DNA from: Candidatus Latescibacterota bacterium
GTDB lineage: Bacteria; Latescibacterota; UBA2968
Direction of reading: 5' to 3'
NCBI GenBank assembly: GCA_038279365.1
Contig: JAYODI010000003.1
Coordinates: 38,123 to 102,122 of the forward strand
DNA: 64,000 nt
Every line of letters begins with the position of its first letter. Positions within the stretch are counted from its first letter, which is position 1. Positions 18,131-27,814 of the stretch are shown here, one piece after another. The translations under genes were made by a program, and so were the position numbers. The notes below the pieces were generated by a model. The model searched no databases, had not been told where the DNA came from, and was given only the letters and a program-made list of their open reading frames with translations.

Positions 18131-19273
18131 TTATTTTTCGTACGCGCCATCCACATCAAAAATTTCGTAGAGGTGCACTTTTTTTTCCATGCCTCTGATT
18201 GTTTGTGTGCCCAAGCTGCGAATGTGAAAGGCATTGGGCTCTTTGAGCAACTGGTACGTAAATTCTGTGATGATAATTTTGGCCCCAAAATCTTTTGTGA
18301 GGCTCTCACAACGGGCGGCAATGTTTACGGTGCTGCCAAAAGCACAAGCATCTAAGCGATCTGGTGTGCCTGCAACGCCAATGGCAACAGGGCCCGTGTT
18401 GATGCCCACACCCACGCGAATGCTTGGATAACCTGCGCGTTCACGCCCTTCATTATAGTTTTTTAGGATGTTGTTTTGAATGGTAATGGCTGAGCGTATG
18501 ACATTGTCTGTAGATTGTCCTTCTTCAAATTTGAATAAGGCCATAATGGCATCGCCAATGTATTGGTATTCAAAGCCGCCAAATTCTCGGATACCGGGGC
18601 CCATAACGGTGAAGAATGAATTGAGAAACCGAAAACATTCTGTGCAGGAGATGCTTTCGGAGAAGGTTGTAAAGTCACGGATATCACACGATAAGACACT
18701 GTATATTTCTTCTTGAGAAATACCATCGGCCACATTGAAGCCTTCTTGGTCCATTGTTTTGGTGAGCGTGAGGGGCACAAATTTTTTGAAAAGGTCGTGC
18801 TGTTTCATGATTTCTTGTGTGCGCTCTTCAACGCGACGTTCCAATTCTAAATTGGCTTTTATGAGTTCCCGTTTGAGGTCTAAAAGCGCCAGTTGATTGC
18901 CCACGCGTGCCAAAACCTCTTCTACTTGAAATGGCTTGGTAACATAATCGACACCACCAACCTGAAAGGCTTTGACCTTGTCGGTGACTTCGTCTAATGC
19001 GCTAATAAAAATGATGGGAATATTTTGTGTGCGTGGGTTTTCTTTGAGTCTTGCACAAACATCATATCCATTCATTTCTGGCATGTTGATATCGAGCAAG
19101 ATCAAATCGGGCGGATCGAGGTCGGCAGCTTTAATGGCCAATTGCCCATTGGGGACGGGGCGTGTTTTATAGTTTTGGTCACTGAGCAGGTTGGCCAATA
19201 AGCGCAAGTTGGCGGGTGTATCATCTACAATGAGGATATTGCCTTTGATCTCTGCTTTTTCTTCGTCAGGCAT
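18131..19273 (-). CDS. Response regulator receiver fused to a class III nucleotide cyclase
   Basis: Receiver motifs IVDD, LLDINMP, SA, TKPF. Cyclase motifs CDIRDFT, YIGDAIMA, GINTG, FGSTVNIAAR. Start at MPDEE (19273) overlaps the kinase stop. Confidence 0.9.
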   Translation of the reverse strand: MPDEEKAEIKGNILIVDDTPANLRLLANLLSDQNYKTRPVPNGQLAIKAADLDPPDLILLDINMPEMNGYDVCARLKENPRTQNIPIIFISALDEVTDKVKAFQVGGVDYVTKPFQVEEVLARVGNQLALLDLKRELIKANLELERRVEERTQEIMKQHDLFKKFVPLTLTKTMDQEGFNVADGISQEEIYSVLSCDIRDFTTFSESISCTECFRFLNSFFTVMGPGIREFGGFEYQYIGDAIMALFKFEEGQSTDNVIRSAITIQNNILKNYNEGRERAGYPSIRVGVGINTGPVAIGVAGTPDRLDACAFGSTVNIAARCESLTKDFGAKIIITEFTYQLLKEPNAFHIRSLGTQTIRGMEKKVHLYEIFDVDGAYEK

Positions 19274-21455
19274 TGATCCCCCCTTGAGGTTGTGTGAGGG
19301 CAATGAGTTCTTCCAATTGGAAATTATTGACCATATTTGTGAGTTCTTGGGCGATGGTGATGTGTGTGGGATCGATTTGTTTGAGCAAGGTGAGCATTTC
19401 TTCGGTGTCTGCCCGATTGGCGGATGCATGAAAGTTTAAAATCCATTCGGACGGCAATTGAGAAATGAGTTCTGATAGGTGCGCGTCAGAGATGGTTTCT
19501 TCTGTGTGTGGCACATTGTCTTCATAAATAAATTCAACACCCAAGTGTTTGGTCAGTGCGTCGTAGATTTCTTGGGGTTTAAAAGGTTTGCGCACAAAAT
19601 CATCACACCCCACAGACAAGACAAGTGATCGTTCTTCTTCAAACACACTGGCGGTTAAGGCAATGATCACTGTTTTTTTGCTTTGTGTATTGGCTTTGAT
19701 GCGCTTGGTGGCCTCATAACCATCCATAATGGGCATGCGCATGTCCATCCAAATAAGGTGTGGTTGCCATTCATGCCAAACGTCTACGCCCACTTTTCCG
19801 TCTTCTGCTTCGCGTACTTCAAACCCTAATGGTGTTAAAAAGCGGGTGAGCAGTTTGCGGTTTTCTTCGCGGTCTTCTACAATGAGAATGCGATAGGTTG
19901 GTTGGTTGGGTGCAAGCCCCACAACATTGCGTATGATTTGGTCTTTTTGATGAATGTCTTCGGCTTTTGCAGGTTGAAAGGCCACATCAAAGGAGAAGAC
20001 TGAGCCGTGTCCAATGTTGCTGCGAACAGAAATGGTACCTTGCATAAGATGTACAAATTGTTGGCTAATAGAAAGTCCTAAACCTGTACCTTCTTGGCTT
20101 TTTTGGCCTGTTTCGGTTTGGGTAAAGGCATCAAAAAGGGCAGATTGTTCTTCGGGTGCAATGCCTGGGCCTGTGTCTTCTATTTCAAAGTATAAGTGAG
20201 AGGTTTTTTGTATTTTGGCACGTAAAATTACGCCGCCTGTTTCTGTAAATTTGATGGCGTTACTGAGCAGGTTGATAAGCACTTGGCGCAGTTTGCCTTG
20301 ATCGAGTGTTACATATTGTGGGACATTTTCGATATATTCAAACATAAGTTGAAGTTTTTTATCTTCTGCTCGCAGTTGAAACATGCCTTGCAGGTCTTTT
20401 AAGAGTCGATAGAGATCAAAAGCTTCTTCTGTTAAGGTGGTTTGCCCAGCTTCAATTTTAGAGATTTCGAGTACATCGTTAATAAGTGACAGCAGATGTT
20501 CGCCACTGCGGCTGACCACGCTGAGGTTGTCGCGATGTTCAAGAGAGAGGGATTTGTCACGCACCATCAACTGGGTAAAGCCCAAAATGGCATTTAATGG
20601 GGTGCGCAATTCGTGGCTCATGTTGGCCAAAAAAGCACTTTTGGCTCGGTTGGCCATTTCTGCAGCATCTTTGGCTTGAATAAGGTCTCGGTTGGCCAAC
20701 TGGAGTTCTGTTGTGCGTTCTTCAACACGTTTTTCTAAGGTTTGTTGGGCTTCTGCAAGATGGTCCACCATTTGGTTAAAGGATTGTGCCAAATGCCCGA
20801 CTTCGTCTGTTGATCGCACATGGGCGCGTTGAGACAAGTCACCGGCTGCAATTTGTTGGGCTGTTTGTACCATTTGGATGAGTGGATTTGTGATGACGGT
20901 ACTTAAAACAATAACGCCACCCAGCCCAAAAATAAAAATGATGAGGCTGACGATGGCAATGACTTTTCTGCTTTGGCGCACTTGCATGTTGACGGCATCG
21001 AGAGACAAGCCCAAAACCAAGTGCCCAATTTGTTCTGCTTGCTCTTCAATGAGGTAGATGGGGGTTTGGGTGTTGTAAAAACGGCCATCGGCAGATATGC
21101 CATTGGAAATGTTTTGATAATTGGCTTGTTGGGCAAGCTCTGGATTGTAGGAAACAAAGAGTTCATTTTGTGTATTAAAGACCATAATATAAGATAAGTC
21201 TTGGTTTTGTCGTGCGCCTGCGATTACTTGTTTTGCTGATATGGGGTCTTCAAACACCACAGCTGGGCCAATGCTAAACGCTGTTGTTTTGGCAATGCTT
21301 TTGGCTTTTTCGCCTAATGCTTGTTGTTGTGTTTGGGCCAAATGATGGGGAAAGTAGGCAAAGATAAAAACAGATATGGTTGCAATGAGCAAGGAGGCAC
21401 CCAATGCAAGGCGTGTGCGAATGGCGATGTTGTGAATGGGTGTGAGTAAAGACAT
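19266..21455 (-). CDS. Membrane hybrid sensor histidine kinase (CHASE8-like sensor, HAMP, HisKA, HATPase, REC)
   Basis: Two TM helices, DEVGHLAQSFNQM HAMP, NMSHELRTPLN, NLLSNAIKFT, DTGPGI, GTGLGL, WMDMRMP. Confidence 0.93.
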   Translation of the reverse strand: MSLLTPIHNIAIRTRLALGASLLIATISVFIFAYFPHHLAQTQQQALGEKAKSIAKTTAFSIGPAVVFEDPISAKQVIAGARQNQDLSYIMVFNTQNELFVSYNPELAQQANYQNISNGISADGRFYNTQTPIYLIEEQAEQIGHLVLGLSLDAVNMQVRQSRKVIAIVSLIIFIFGLGGVIVLSTVITNPLIQMVQTAQQIAAGDLSQRAHVRSTDEVGHLAQSFNQMVDHLAEAQQTLEKRVEERTTELQLANRDLIQAKDAAEMANRAKSAFLANMSHELRTPLNAILGFTQLMVRDKSLSLEHRDNLSVVSRSGEHLLSLINDVLEISKIEAGQTTLTEEAFDLYRLLKDLQGMFQLRAEDKKLQLMFEYIENVPQYVTLDQGKLRQVLINLLSNAIKFTETGGVILRAKIQKTSHLYFEIEDTGPGIAPEEQSALFDAFTQTETGQKSQEGTGLGLSISQQFVHLMQGTISVRSNIGHGSVFSFDVAFQPAKAEDIHQKDQIIRNVVGLAPNQPTYRILIVEDREENRKLLTRFLTPLGFEVREAEDGKVGVDVWHEWQPHLIWMDMRMPIMDGYEATKRIKANTQSKKTVIIALTASVFEEERSLVLSVGCDDFVRKPFKPQEIYDALTKHLGVEFIYEDNVPHTEETISDAHLSELISQLPSEWILNFHASANRADTEEMLTLLKQIDPTHITIAQELTNMVNNFQLEELIALTQPQGGINA

Positions 21456-21564
21456 AGGAAGTTTGGTGTTCGTAAATTTAAGACAGAGGGAACAAACCGT
21501 GTTTGTTTTGTGATGTAATATTCAATTCAAATCGTTGAGAAAATAGGACTTTATACTTGAAATA

Positions 21565-22248
21565 TCAAGTGTTATTGCCTGTGTTATATTGACATAAGTC
21601 GGCAAGCATACAGGCTTTACAATTGGGTGTGCGGGCATGGCAAATGGTTTTGCCCAAGTCAAGTAGGTTAACATGGAAGGCTCGGGCCTTGTTTTTGGGA
21701 ATAAGAGGGCGAAGTTCTGAATGGGCCTTTTCTTTGCTGCATTTTGAATCAATAATGCCCACGCGTTGCATAATGCGATAGACATGGGTGTCAACGGCGC
21801 ATAAGTCTTGCTGACAGGCAAATGCCAAGACAATGTAAGCGGTTTTGACACCAATGCCTTTGTGTTGGGTGAGGTGTGCAATGGCATCATCGGTATCTGT
21901 GTTTTTCAAATAGTCGAGTGACAAAACACCGTGTTCTTTGTGTAACCATTTGAGAAAGTTTTGCATGGTCGGTCCTTTTTGCTTGGCCAGACCGGCTACT
22001 TTGATGGCTTCTTGTACCGTTTCTGGAGATGCCCGCATAACTGTTTCCCAAGTGGGATATTGGGTGCGCAGATTTTCATAGGCACGATCTCTGTTTGCGT
22101 CGGTGGTGTTTTGCGATAAGATGGTGCGCATGAGGTTGTCGAGGGGGTTGGATGAATCGCGCGATTTGTCCCAAGCGTCACCTCCATATATTTTGTCGAG
22201 GCGGGTATGAATTTGGGCGACGATTTTTGTTTTGGAAGAAGATGGCAT
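21565..22248 (-). CDS. nth: Endonuclease III (HhH-GPD glycosylase with 4Fe-4S cluster)
   Basis: ILSQNTTD, GIGVKTA, VDTHV, C-x6-C-x2-C-x5-C. Confidence 0.88.
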   Translation of the reverse strand: MPSSSKTKIVAQIHTRLDKIYGGDAWDKSRDSSNPLDNLMRTILSQNTTDANRDRAYENLRTQYPTWETVMRASPETVQEAIKVAGLAKQKGPTMQNFLKWLHKEHGVLSLDYLKNTDTDDAIAHLTQHKGIGVKTAYIVLAFACQQDLCAVDTHVYRIMQRVGIIDSKCSKEKAHSELRPLIPKNKARAFHVNLLDLGKTICHARTPNCKACMLADLCQYNTGNNT

Positions 22249-22376
22249 GTGAATTCCTTATTTTTATAAATATTGACATCTTATTTAGATTGTGTATTTT
22301 CACGCAAGACAGCAATTAAAATTATTTGCACCGTATAAGATACTTTGTCAATTCTTCATTGTAATATCTCAAGCGG

Positions 22377-22405
22377 TTGACAGGGTACTGTTTTGTCTAT
22401 ATTTT
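22377..22405 (+). promoter_or_regulatory. Putative sigma70 promoter of gnd
   Basis: TTGACA, 17-nt spacer, TATTTT, 30 nt upstream of the gnd start. Confidence 0.45.
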
Positions 22406-22435
22406 TTGCATTCAAATTTAAGGGAGAGGAATGTT

Positions 22436-23890
22436 ATGCCAGAAGCGGATATTGGACTGATCGGATTGGCCGTTATGGGCGAAAATTTGGTACTCAATAT
22501 GGCCAACCATGGCCATACGGTGGCCGTATATAATCGCACCACTTCTAAGGTAGATGATTTTATAAATGGACGTGCTCAGGGCAAGCCTATTATTGGCACC
22601 CACACCCCCGAAGAATTGGTTTCAAAACTCAAAAGCCCACGCAGAGTAATGATTATGGTACAAGCTGGGAGTGCGGTAGATAAGGTTATCGACAGCTTGG
22701 TGCCTCTGTTGGACAAAGGGGATATTATTATTGATGGTGGCAACACCCATTTCCCAGACACGGTACGTAGAACCCAAGAGATGGAAGAAAAAGGCATTCT
22801 CTATATTGGAACGGGAGTTTCTGGAGGCGAAGAAGGTGCGCTGAAGGGGCCCAGCATTATGCCTGGTGGCAATGAAAAAGCTTGGCCGCATGTCAAAACC
22901 ATTTTTCAGGATATTGCCGCCAAAGTAGAAGACGGCAGCCCTTGTTGTGATTGGGTTGGAGAAGGGGGCGCGGGCCATTATGTTAAAATGATTCACAATG
23001 GCATTGAATATGGTGACATGCAGATGATTTGTGAAATCTACCAGGTGATGAAAACCGGATTGGGGCTTTCCAATGAGGAGATGCACGAAGTATTTAAAGA
23101 ATGGAATACAGGGCTTCTGGATTCTTATCTCATAGAGATCACGCGTGATATTCTTGGGTATCAGGAAGAAGATGGCACCTATACGCTGGACAAAATTCTC
23201 GATACGGCAGGCCAAAAAGGTACTGGTAAATGGACTGCCGTTTCTGCTTTAGATGTGGGACAACCGTTAACGGCAATTTCTGAAGCCGTTTTTGCGCGTT
23301 GTCTTTCAGCCTTAAAAGACGAACGTGTTAAAGCCTCTCAAATACTCAGTGGCCCTGCCAAGAATACGTTTGATGGCGATAAACAAACATTCATCAAAGA
23401 TTTGGAACAGGCTCTGTATGCCTCAAAAATTGTCTCTTATGCACAAGGTTATCAACTGATGCGGGCTGCTGCCGCTGAATATGGTTGGAATTTGAATTAT
23501 GGTGGTATTGCGCTTATGTGGCGTGGCGGTTGTATTATTCGCTCGGCATTTTTAGGCAAAATCAAAGAAGCATATGATCAAAACCCGCAATTAGACAGTT
23601 TGTTGTTGGATCCTTTCTTTAAAGATGCAGTAGAAAATGCACAGGCCGGTTGGCGGCGCGTGGCTGCGGCTGCAATAAATATGGGTATTCCGATGCCAGC
23701 CATTACCAGTGCACTGGCTTATTTTGATGGTTATCGAACCGAACGGTTACCGGCCAATTTATTACAGGCTCAGCGAGATTATTTTGGTGCACATACTTAC
23801 GAGCGTTTGGATAAGCCCAGAGGTGAGTTTTTTCATACCAACTGGACAGGCCGAGGAGGCACCACTTCTTCATCGGCATACAATGTGTAA
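22436..23890 (+). CDS. gnd: NADP-dependent 6-phosphogluconate dehydrogenase, decarboxylating
   Basis: GLIGLAVMGENL, YNRT, VSGGEEGA, HNGIEYGDMQ, QAQRDYFGAH. True start is MPEAD at 22436. Confidence 0.97.
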   Translation: MPEADIGLIGLAVMGENLVLNMANHGHTVAVYNRTTSKVDDFINGRAQGKPIIGTHTPEELVSKLKSPRRVMIMVQAGSAVDKVIDSLVPLLDKGDIIIDGGNTHFPDTVRRTQEMEEKGILYIGTGVSGGEEGALKGPSIMPGGNEKAWPHVKTIFQDIAAKVEDGSPCCDWVGEGGAGHYVKMIHNGIEYGDMQMICEIYQVMKTGLGLSNEEMHEVFKEWNTGLLDSYLIEITRDILGYQEEDGTYTLDKILDTAGQKGTGKWTAVSALDVGQPLTAISEAVFARCLSALKDERVKASQILSGPAKNTFDGDKQTFIKDLEQALYASKIVSYAQGYQLMRAAAAEYGWNLNYGGIALMWRGGCIIRSAFLGKIKEAYDQNPQLDSLLLDPFFKDAVENAQAGWRRVAAAAINMGIPMPAITSALAYFDGYRTERLPANLLQAQRDYFGAHTYERLDKPRGEFFHTNWTGRGGTTSSSAYNV

Positions 23891-23991
23891 ATGACAACAT
23901 CTGTGGGTTTCTTTAAAAAATAAAAATCACTGTCGCGCGGCACATATTTGGTGGGCAGGCGGTGAAGAACGCCGGAGAATAGGCAAAAGGT

Positions 23992-24033
23992 ACAGAGCGC
24001 GAAGATTTTAAATACTTCGCGCTCTGTGTTTTT
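23992..24033 (+). terminator. Terminator-like hairpin between gnd and zwf
   Basis: ACAGAGCGCGAAG/CTTCGCGCTCTGT 13-bp stem followed by GTTTTT. Confidence 0.7.
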
Positions 24034-24047
24034 ACTTTCTGGAAGGA

Positions 24048-25529
24048 ATGGATGTGCAATTACAATATGACAAAGCGGTGTTGCCGTCGACCATTGTCAT
24101 CTTTGGTGCGTCTGGCGATTTGACACAGCGCAAGTTGGTACCAGCACTTTATGCTTTGCTGTGTGAGGGATTGTTGTCGCCTCAAGTGCGTGTGGTGGGG
24201 GTGGCGCGTTCTGAGATGGACAAGACACAATTTCAGGCGCATTTGCGCGAGGGTATGGAACACTATGCCCGGCACAAAAACCTCGATTTATCAGATCGGT
24301 GGCAAAATTTTGCCAATCACTTTTCTTATGTGCAAGGTGACTATGATGATGCCGATACGTATCGTCGGTTGGGGCAACATTTGGAGGAAATTGATCAAAA
24401 CACGCGCATTGGTGGCAACAGGCTTTATTACTTGTCTACGCCCCCCTCATTGTATCCCATTATTGTTCGGCAGTTGGGTGAGGCCGGGTTGCAGCGTTTG
24501 GATGATGGTGAACAACGGGTGGTGATTGAAAAGCCATTTGGCCGAGACCTGAAAAGCAGTCGCGAACTCAATGAACAAGTGCATGCGGTTTTTAGAGAAG
24601 ATCAGGTATATCGGATTGACCATTATTTGGGCAAAGAGACGGTACAAAATATTATGGCGTTTCGGTTTGCCAATGCGATTTTTGAGCCATTATGGAATCG
24701 CAATTATATTGATCATGTACAAATTACGATGGCTGAAAATGTGGGGGTTGGACATCGTGGCGGGTATTACGAAAAGTCGGGTGTTTTGCGCGATATGGTG
24801 CAAAACCATCTTTTGCAGTTGCTGGCCCTTACGGCCATGGAACCCCCTTCGGCTTTTCAGGCAAGTGCCTTGCGTGATGAAAAGGTCAAAGTGCTTCAGA
24901 CAGTAAAACCATTAAAATTGTCGAATTGTGCGCTGGGGCAATATGTGGGATATCGCGATGAAAAGGATATTGTAAAAAACTCGATGACCCCCACCTATGC
25001 AGGTATTATGTGTCATATTGATAATTGGCGATGGCAAGGTGTGCCGTTTTACATACGTTCGGGTAAATGTTTGCCCAGAAAACTCACCGAAGTAACTTTG
25101 GTGTTTAAGCGGGTACCTCATTTGTTGTTTCCTGACCATGAAAGCCCCAAACCCAATATTTTATCTTTGTGTATTCAACCCGATGAAGGCATGCATTTGC
25201 ATTTTGCAACCAAGATACCGGGGGCTGGCATGCATACGGCACCGGTGGATATGGCTTTTCACTATCGCGATCAATTGGGTGATCAATCGTTGCCTGATGC
25301 ATATGAAAGATTGCTCTTAGATGCGCTTCAGGGAGATGCATCGTTGTTTACGCGCAGTGATGAAGTTGAGCGTGCTTGGGAGTTGTGTGATCCGCTCATT
25401 TCGGAGTGGGAGTCTTTAGATGCACCACCGCTTGCATTTTATGAACCCGACTCTTGGGGGCCAGATACATCTGATCGTTTGTTGTTTGAAACGGGACGTG
25501 CCTGGACAATTGGATGTGGCGATCACTAA
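24048..25529 (+). CDS. zwf: Glucose-6-phosphate 1-dehydrogenase
   Basis: [34 protein letters not shown]. Confidence 0.97.
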   Translation: MDVQLQYDKAVLPSTIVIFGASGDLTQRKLVPALYALLCEGLLSPQVRVVGVARSEMDKTQFQAHLREGMEHYARHKNLDLSDRWQNFANHFSYVQGDYDDADTYRRLGQHLEEIDQNTRIGGNRLYYLSTPPSLYPIIVRQLGEAGLQRLDDGEQRVVIEKPFGRDLKSSRELNEQVHAVFREDQVYRIDHYLGKETVQNIMAFRFANAIFEPLWNRNYIDHVQITMAENVGVGHRGGYYEKSGVLRDMVQNHLLQLLALTAMEPPSAFQASALRDEKVKVLQTVKPLKLSNCALGQYVGYRDEKDIVKNSMTPTYAGIMCHIDNWRWQGVPFYIRSGKCLPRKLTEVTLVFKRVPHLLFPDHESPKPNILSLCIQPDEGMHLHFATKIPGAGMHTAPVDMAFHYRDQLGDQSLPDAYERLLLDALQGDASLFTRSDEVERAWELCDPLISEWESLDAPPLAFYEPDSWGPDTSDRLLFETGRAWTIGCGDH

Positions 25530-25565
25530 AAGTATCATAAACCTCAGTGTTACTGAGAAAAGGAT

Positions 25566-25937
25566 ATGTGGATGGGGAAGAAGATCTTAGTGGTTGATGA
25601 TGAAGCATCAAACCGCGAGTTGTTTCGGCAGATTTTAAGCATGAAAGATTATGATGTCGTTGAGGCGGAAAATGGTAAACAAGCTCTTTTGTTGGTTGAA
25701 CAAGATGTACCCGATCTCATTTTGTTGGATCTTTTTATGTCAGGTGGAGATGGTCTTTCGGTGATTCGTGGGGTTCGTGAAGATTTGAAACTGAGATTTA
25801 TTCCTATTGTGGTGGTTACGGCAGCGGCAAATGAAGATATTCATCAAAGAATTCAAGAAGCGGGGTGTGATGCATTGATTCGAAAACCCGTTGATTTGTT
25901 TAATTTACTTGAAGTGGTAGATAAATTTTTGGCATAG
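25566..25937 (+). CDS. Single-domain response regulator (CheY-like)
   Basis: ILVVDD, ILLD, VTA, KP. Confidence 0.9.
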   Translation: MWMGKKILVVDDEASNRELFRQILSMKDYDVVEAENGKQALLLVEQDVPDLILLDLFMSGGDGLSVIRGVREDLKLRFIPIVVVTAAANEDIHQRIQEAGCDALIRKPVDLFNLLEVVDKFLA

Positions 25938-25942
25938 GATGT

Positions 25943-26779
25943 GTGATGATGACTGAGTTGGAAAAACGAACGGCATTGATAGAAAAAGGGTACTGTGTGT
26001 TTGATCAAGTACTTTCACCCGAGATGTTGGCGCGTGTAAAACAGGTTTCGGATCGGTTATTAGACGAACAAGATGCCGAGCATTTTGAAGCACAAAAATC
26101 AACGGGCAGTTTGATTTGTGTATATCAGGATCCATTTTTTGCCGAGTTGATCGCATGGCAACCCGCGTTGGATATTTTGCACAATATGGGGTTTGATCGA
26201 CCTACGTTTTCTACGGGGTTTGTGATCAGCAAACCCTCACAGAGCCCACCATTGTTTTGGCATCAGGATTGGTGGGGTTGGAATGATCCAATCAGTTATT
26301 TGCCCATGCCACAACAAACATTTTTGATGTACTATTTGGTGGATACAACAATACAAAATGGGTGTTTGCGTTTAATTGAAGGGTCGCACATTAAACGTCA
26401 CCCATTGCACGATGTGGTGCCCGATGCGCATACGGATGCATTGCGCCGTGTGGCAGACCCCGATCACCCTGCTTATCAATCACATGAGGGTGAGGTGAAT
26501 GTGCCTGTGAAGGCGGGGGATTTGGTTGTTGGGGATTCGCGGTTGTTGCACAGTGCCCATGCCAATAAAACTGATCAACGGCGTACGGTGATTACGCTTT
26601 GGTATCACCCGTGTTTTTACGATTTGCCAGAAGGCATGCGTGTTCGTTTGGCGCGTCATAAAGTGCCCGAAGATTGGCCAGAAGTGGCTGGACGATTGAT
26701 CGAACCGTTGTTGCCAAAGTATGAAGGTGATGCACCTGAGTTGGAGTGGAATCGCATTCCGGGTGATGCACTTGTGTAG
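25943..26779 (+). CDS. PhyH family dioxygenase
   Basis: WHQD, NGCLRLIEGSH, AGDLVV...HSAHAN...RR. Confidence 0.9.
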   Translation: MMMTELEKRTALIEKGYCVFDQVLSPEMLARVKQVSDRLLDEQDAEHFEAQKSTGSLICVYQDPFFAELIAWQPALDILHNMGFDRPTFSTGFVISKPSQSPPLFWHQDWWGWNDPISYLPMPQQTFLMYYLVDTTIQNGCLRLIEGSHIKRHPLHDVVPDAHTDALRRVADPDHPAYQSHEGEVNVPVKAGDLVVGDSRLLHSAHANKTDQRRTVITLWYHPCFYDLPEGMRVRLARHKVPEDWPEVAGRLIEPLLPKYEGDAPELEWNRIPGDALV

Positions 26780-26800
26780 AAAATGTTGAATGGGGGATTT

Positions 26801-27814
26801 ATGTGTCGCATTCTTGTAATGGTGTGGATGCTGTGGACGGTGTCTGTTGGTGCAGAACCTATGCGTGTTGCATTTGGTTCGTGTGCGCGTATTGACTTGC
26901 CGCAACCGATCTGGCATACGGTGAAAGATTGGCAGCCCGATGCTTTTGTGAGCTTGGGTGATATTATATATGCTGACACCGAAGATATGACTGTGATGCA
27001 GGCGATGTATGCACAAATGGATACGGTGACGAGCTTTAAAGCTTTGCGCAATTCATGTGCTTTTTATGGCATTTGGGACGATCACGATTACGGTGTAAAT
27101 GATGGCGATGCTTCTTATGTAAAGCGCGAAGCATCGCAACAATTGTTTTTAGATTTTTTGAAGGAACCTGCGTCTTCAGAAAGACGCAAGACGCAGGGCA
27201 TCTATGACGCACGTTATTTGGATGATGAAAAGCGCGTTCAGCTCATTTTATTGGATACGCGCTTTTTTCGTAGTCATTGGGTAAAAGACGGTGTAACGGG
27301 TATGCGGTATCGACCAGTTTATGATGCTGATAAGACGATGTTGGGAGAGGCGCAGTGGCAATGGCTTGAGGCACAGTTGCGGTTGCCTGCACAGGTGCGC
27401 ATTGTGGCGTCGGGTATACAGGTGGTGAATGACACACATGGGTATGAATGCTGGGGGTTGTTTCCTTTGGAGCGTGAGCGGTTGTTTCAATTGCTGAGAA
27501 AGACCCAAGCTTCGGGCGTGCTGTTTGTCAGTGGTGATCGTCATTTTGCAGAATTGTCCGTTATGGATGGTGGGGTGGGATATCCCATATATGATTTAAC
27601 TTCGAGCGGGTTGACACACACGGCACAAAGTGGCCATCTGTCGCCAAATAATAAACGTGTGGGAGATGGGTTTAATGGATTTCATTTTGGTGCGTTGACC
27701 ATTGATTTGGAGGCGGATGAGCCTGCGGTGTTGTTGGAGATACGAGACTTAAACAATCATGTTCCGATTACACATCAAATTCTATTGCGAGAACTCCAAT
27801 TTCAAAATGACTGA
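26801..27814 (+). CDS. Alkaline phosphatase D (PhoD) family protein, secreted
   Basis: Signal peptide, FGSC, LGDIIYAD, WDDHDYG, LDTR, SGDRH. Confidence 0.9.
   Translation: MCRILVMVWMLWTVSVGAEPMRVAFGSCARIDLPQPIWHTVKDWQPDAFVSLGDIIYADTEDMTVMQAMYAQMDTVTSFKALRNSCAFYGIWDDHDYGVNDGDASYVKREASQQLFLDFLKEPASSERRKTQGIYDARYLDDEKRVQLILLDTRFFRSHWVKDGVTGMRYRPVYDADKTMLGEAQWQWLEAQLRLPAQVRIVASGIQVVNDTHGYECWGLFPLERERLFQLLRKTQASGVLFVSGDRHFAELSVMDGGVGYPIYDLTSSGLTHTAQSGHLSPNNKRVGDGFNGFHFGALTIDLEADEPAVLLEIRDLNNHVPITHQILLRELQFQND

Noticed and set aside
21510-21526. CRP-like site upstream of the kinase-cyclase operon
   Set aside because: Only the TGTGA half-site matches, and such half-sites are common in this G/T-rich sequence.
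22292-22435. N-terminal extensions in the ORF track (gnd, cyclase to 19429, 3622, 9181, 27759, 33394, 42745)
   Set aside because: Downstream ATGs have ribosome-binding sites or stop/start overlaps and match where family homology begins.
23891-23991. Riboswitch or sRNA between gnd and zwf
   Set aside because: Only a short GGCG/CGCC stem, with no motif I recognise.
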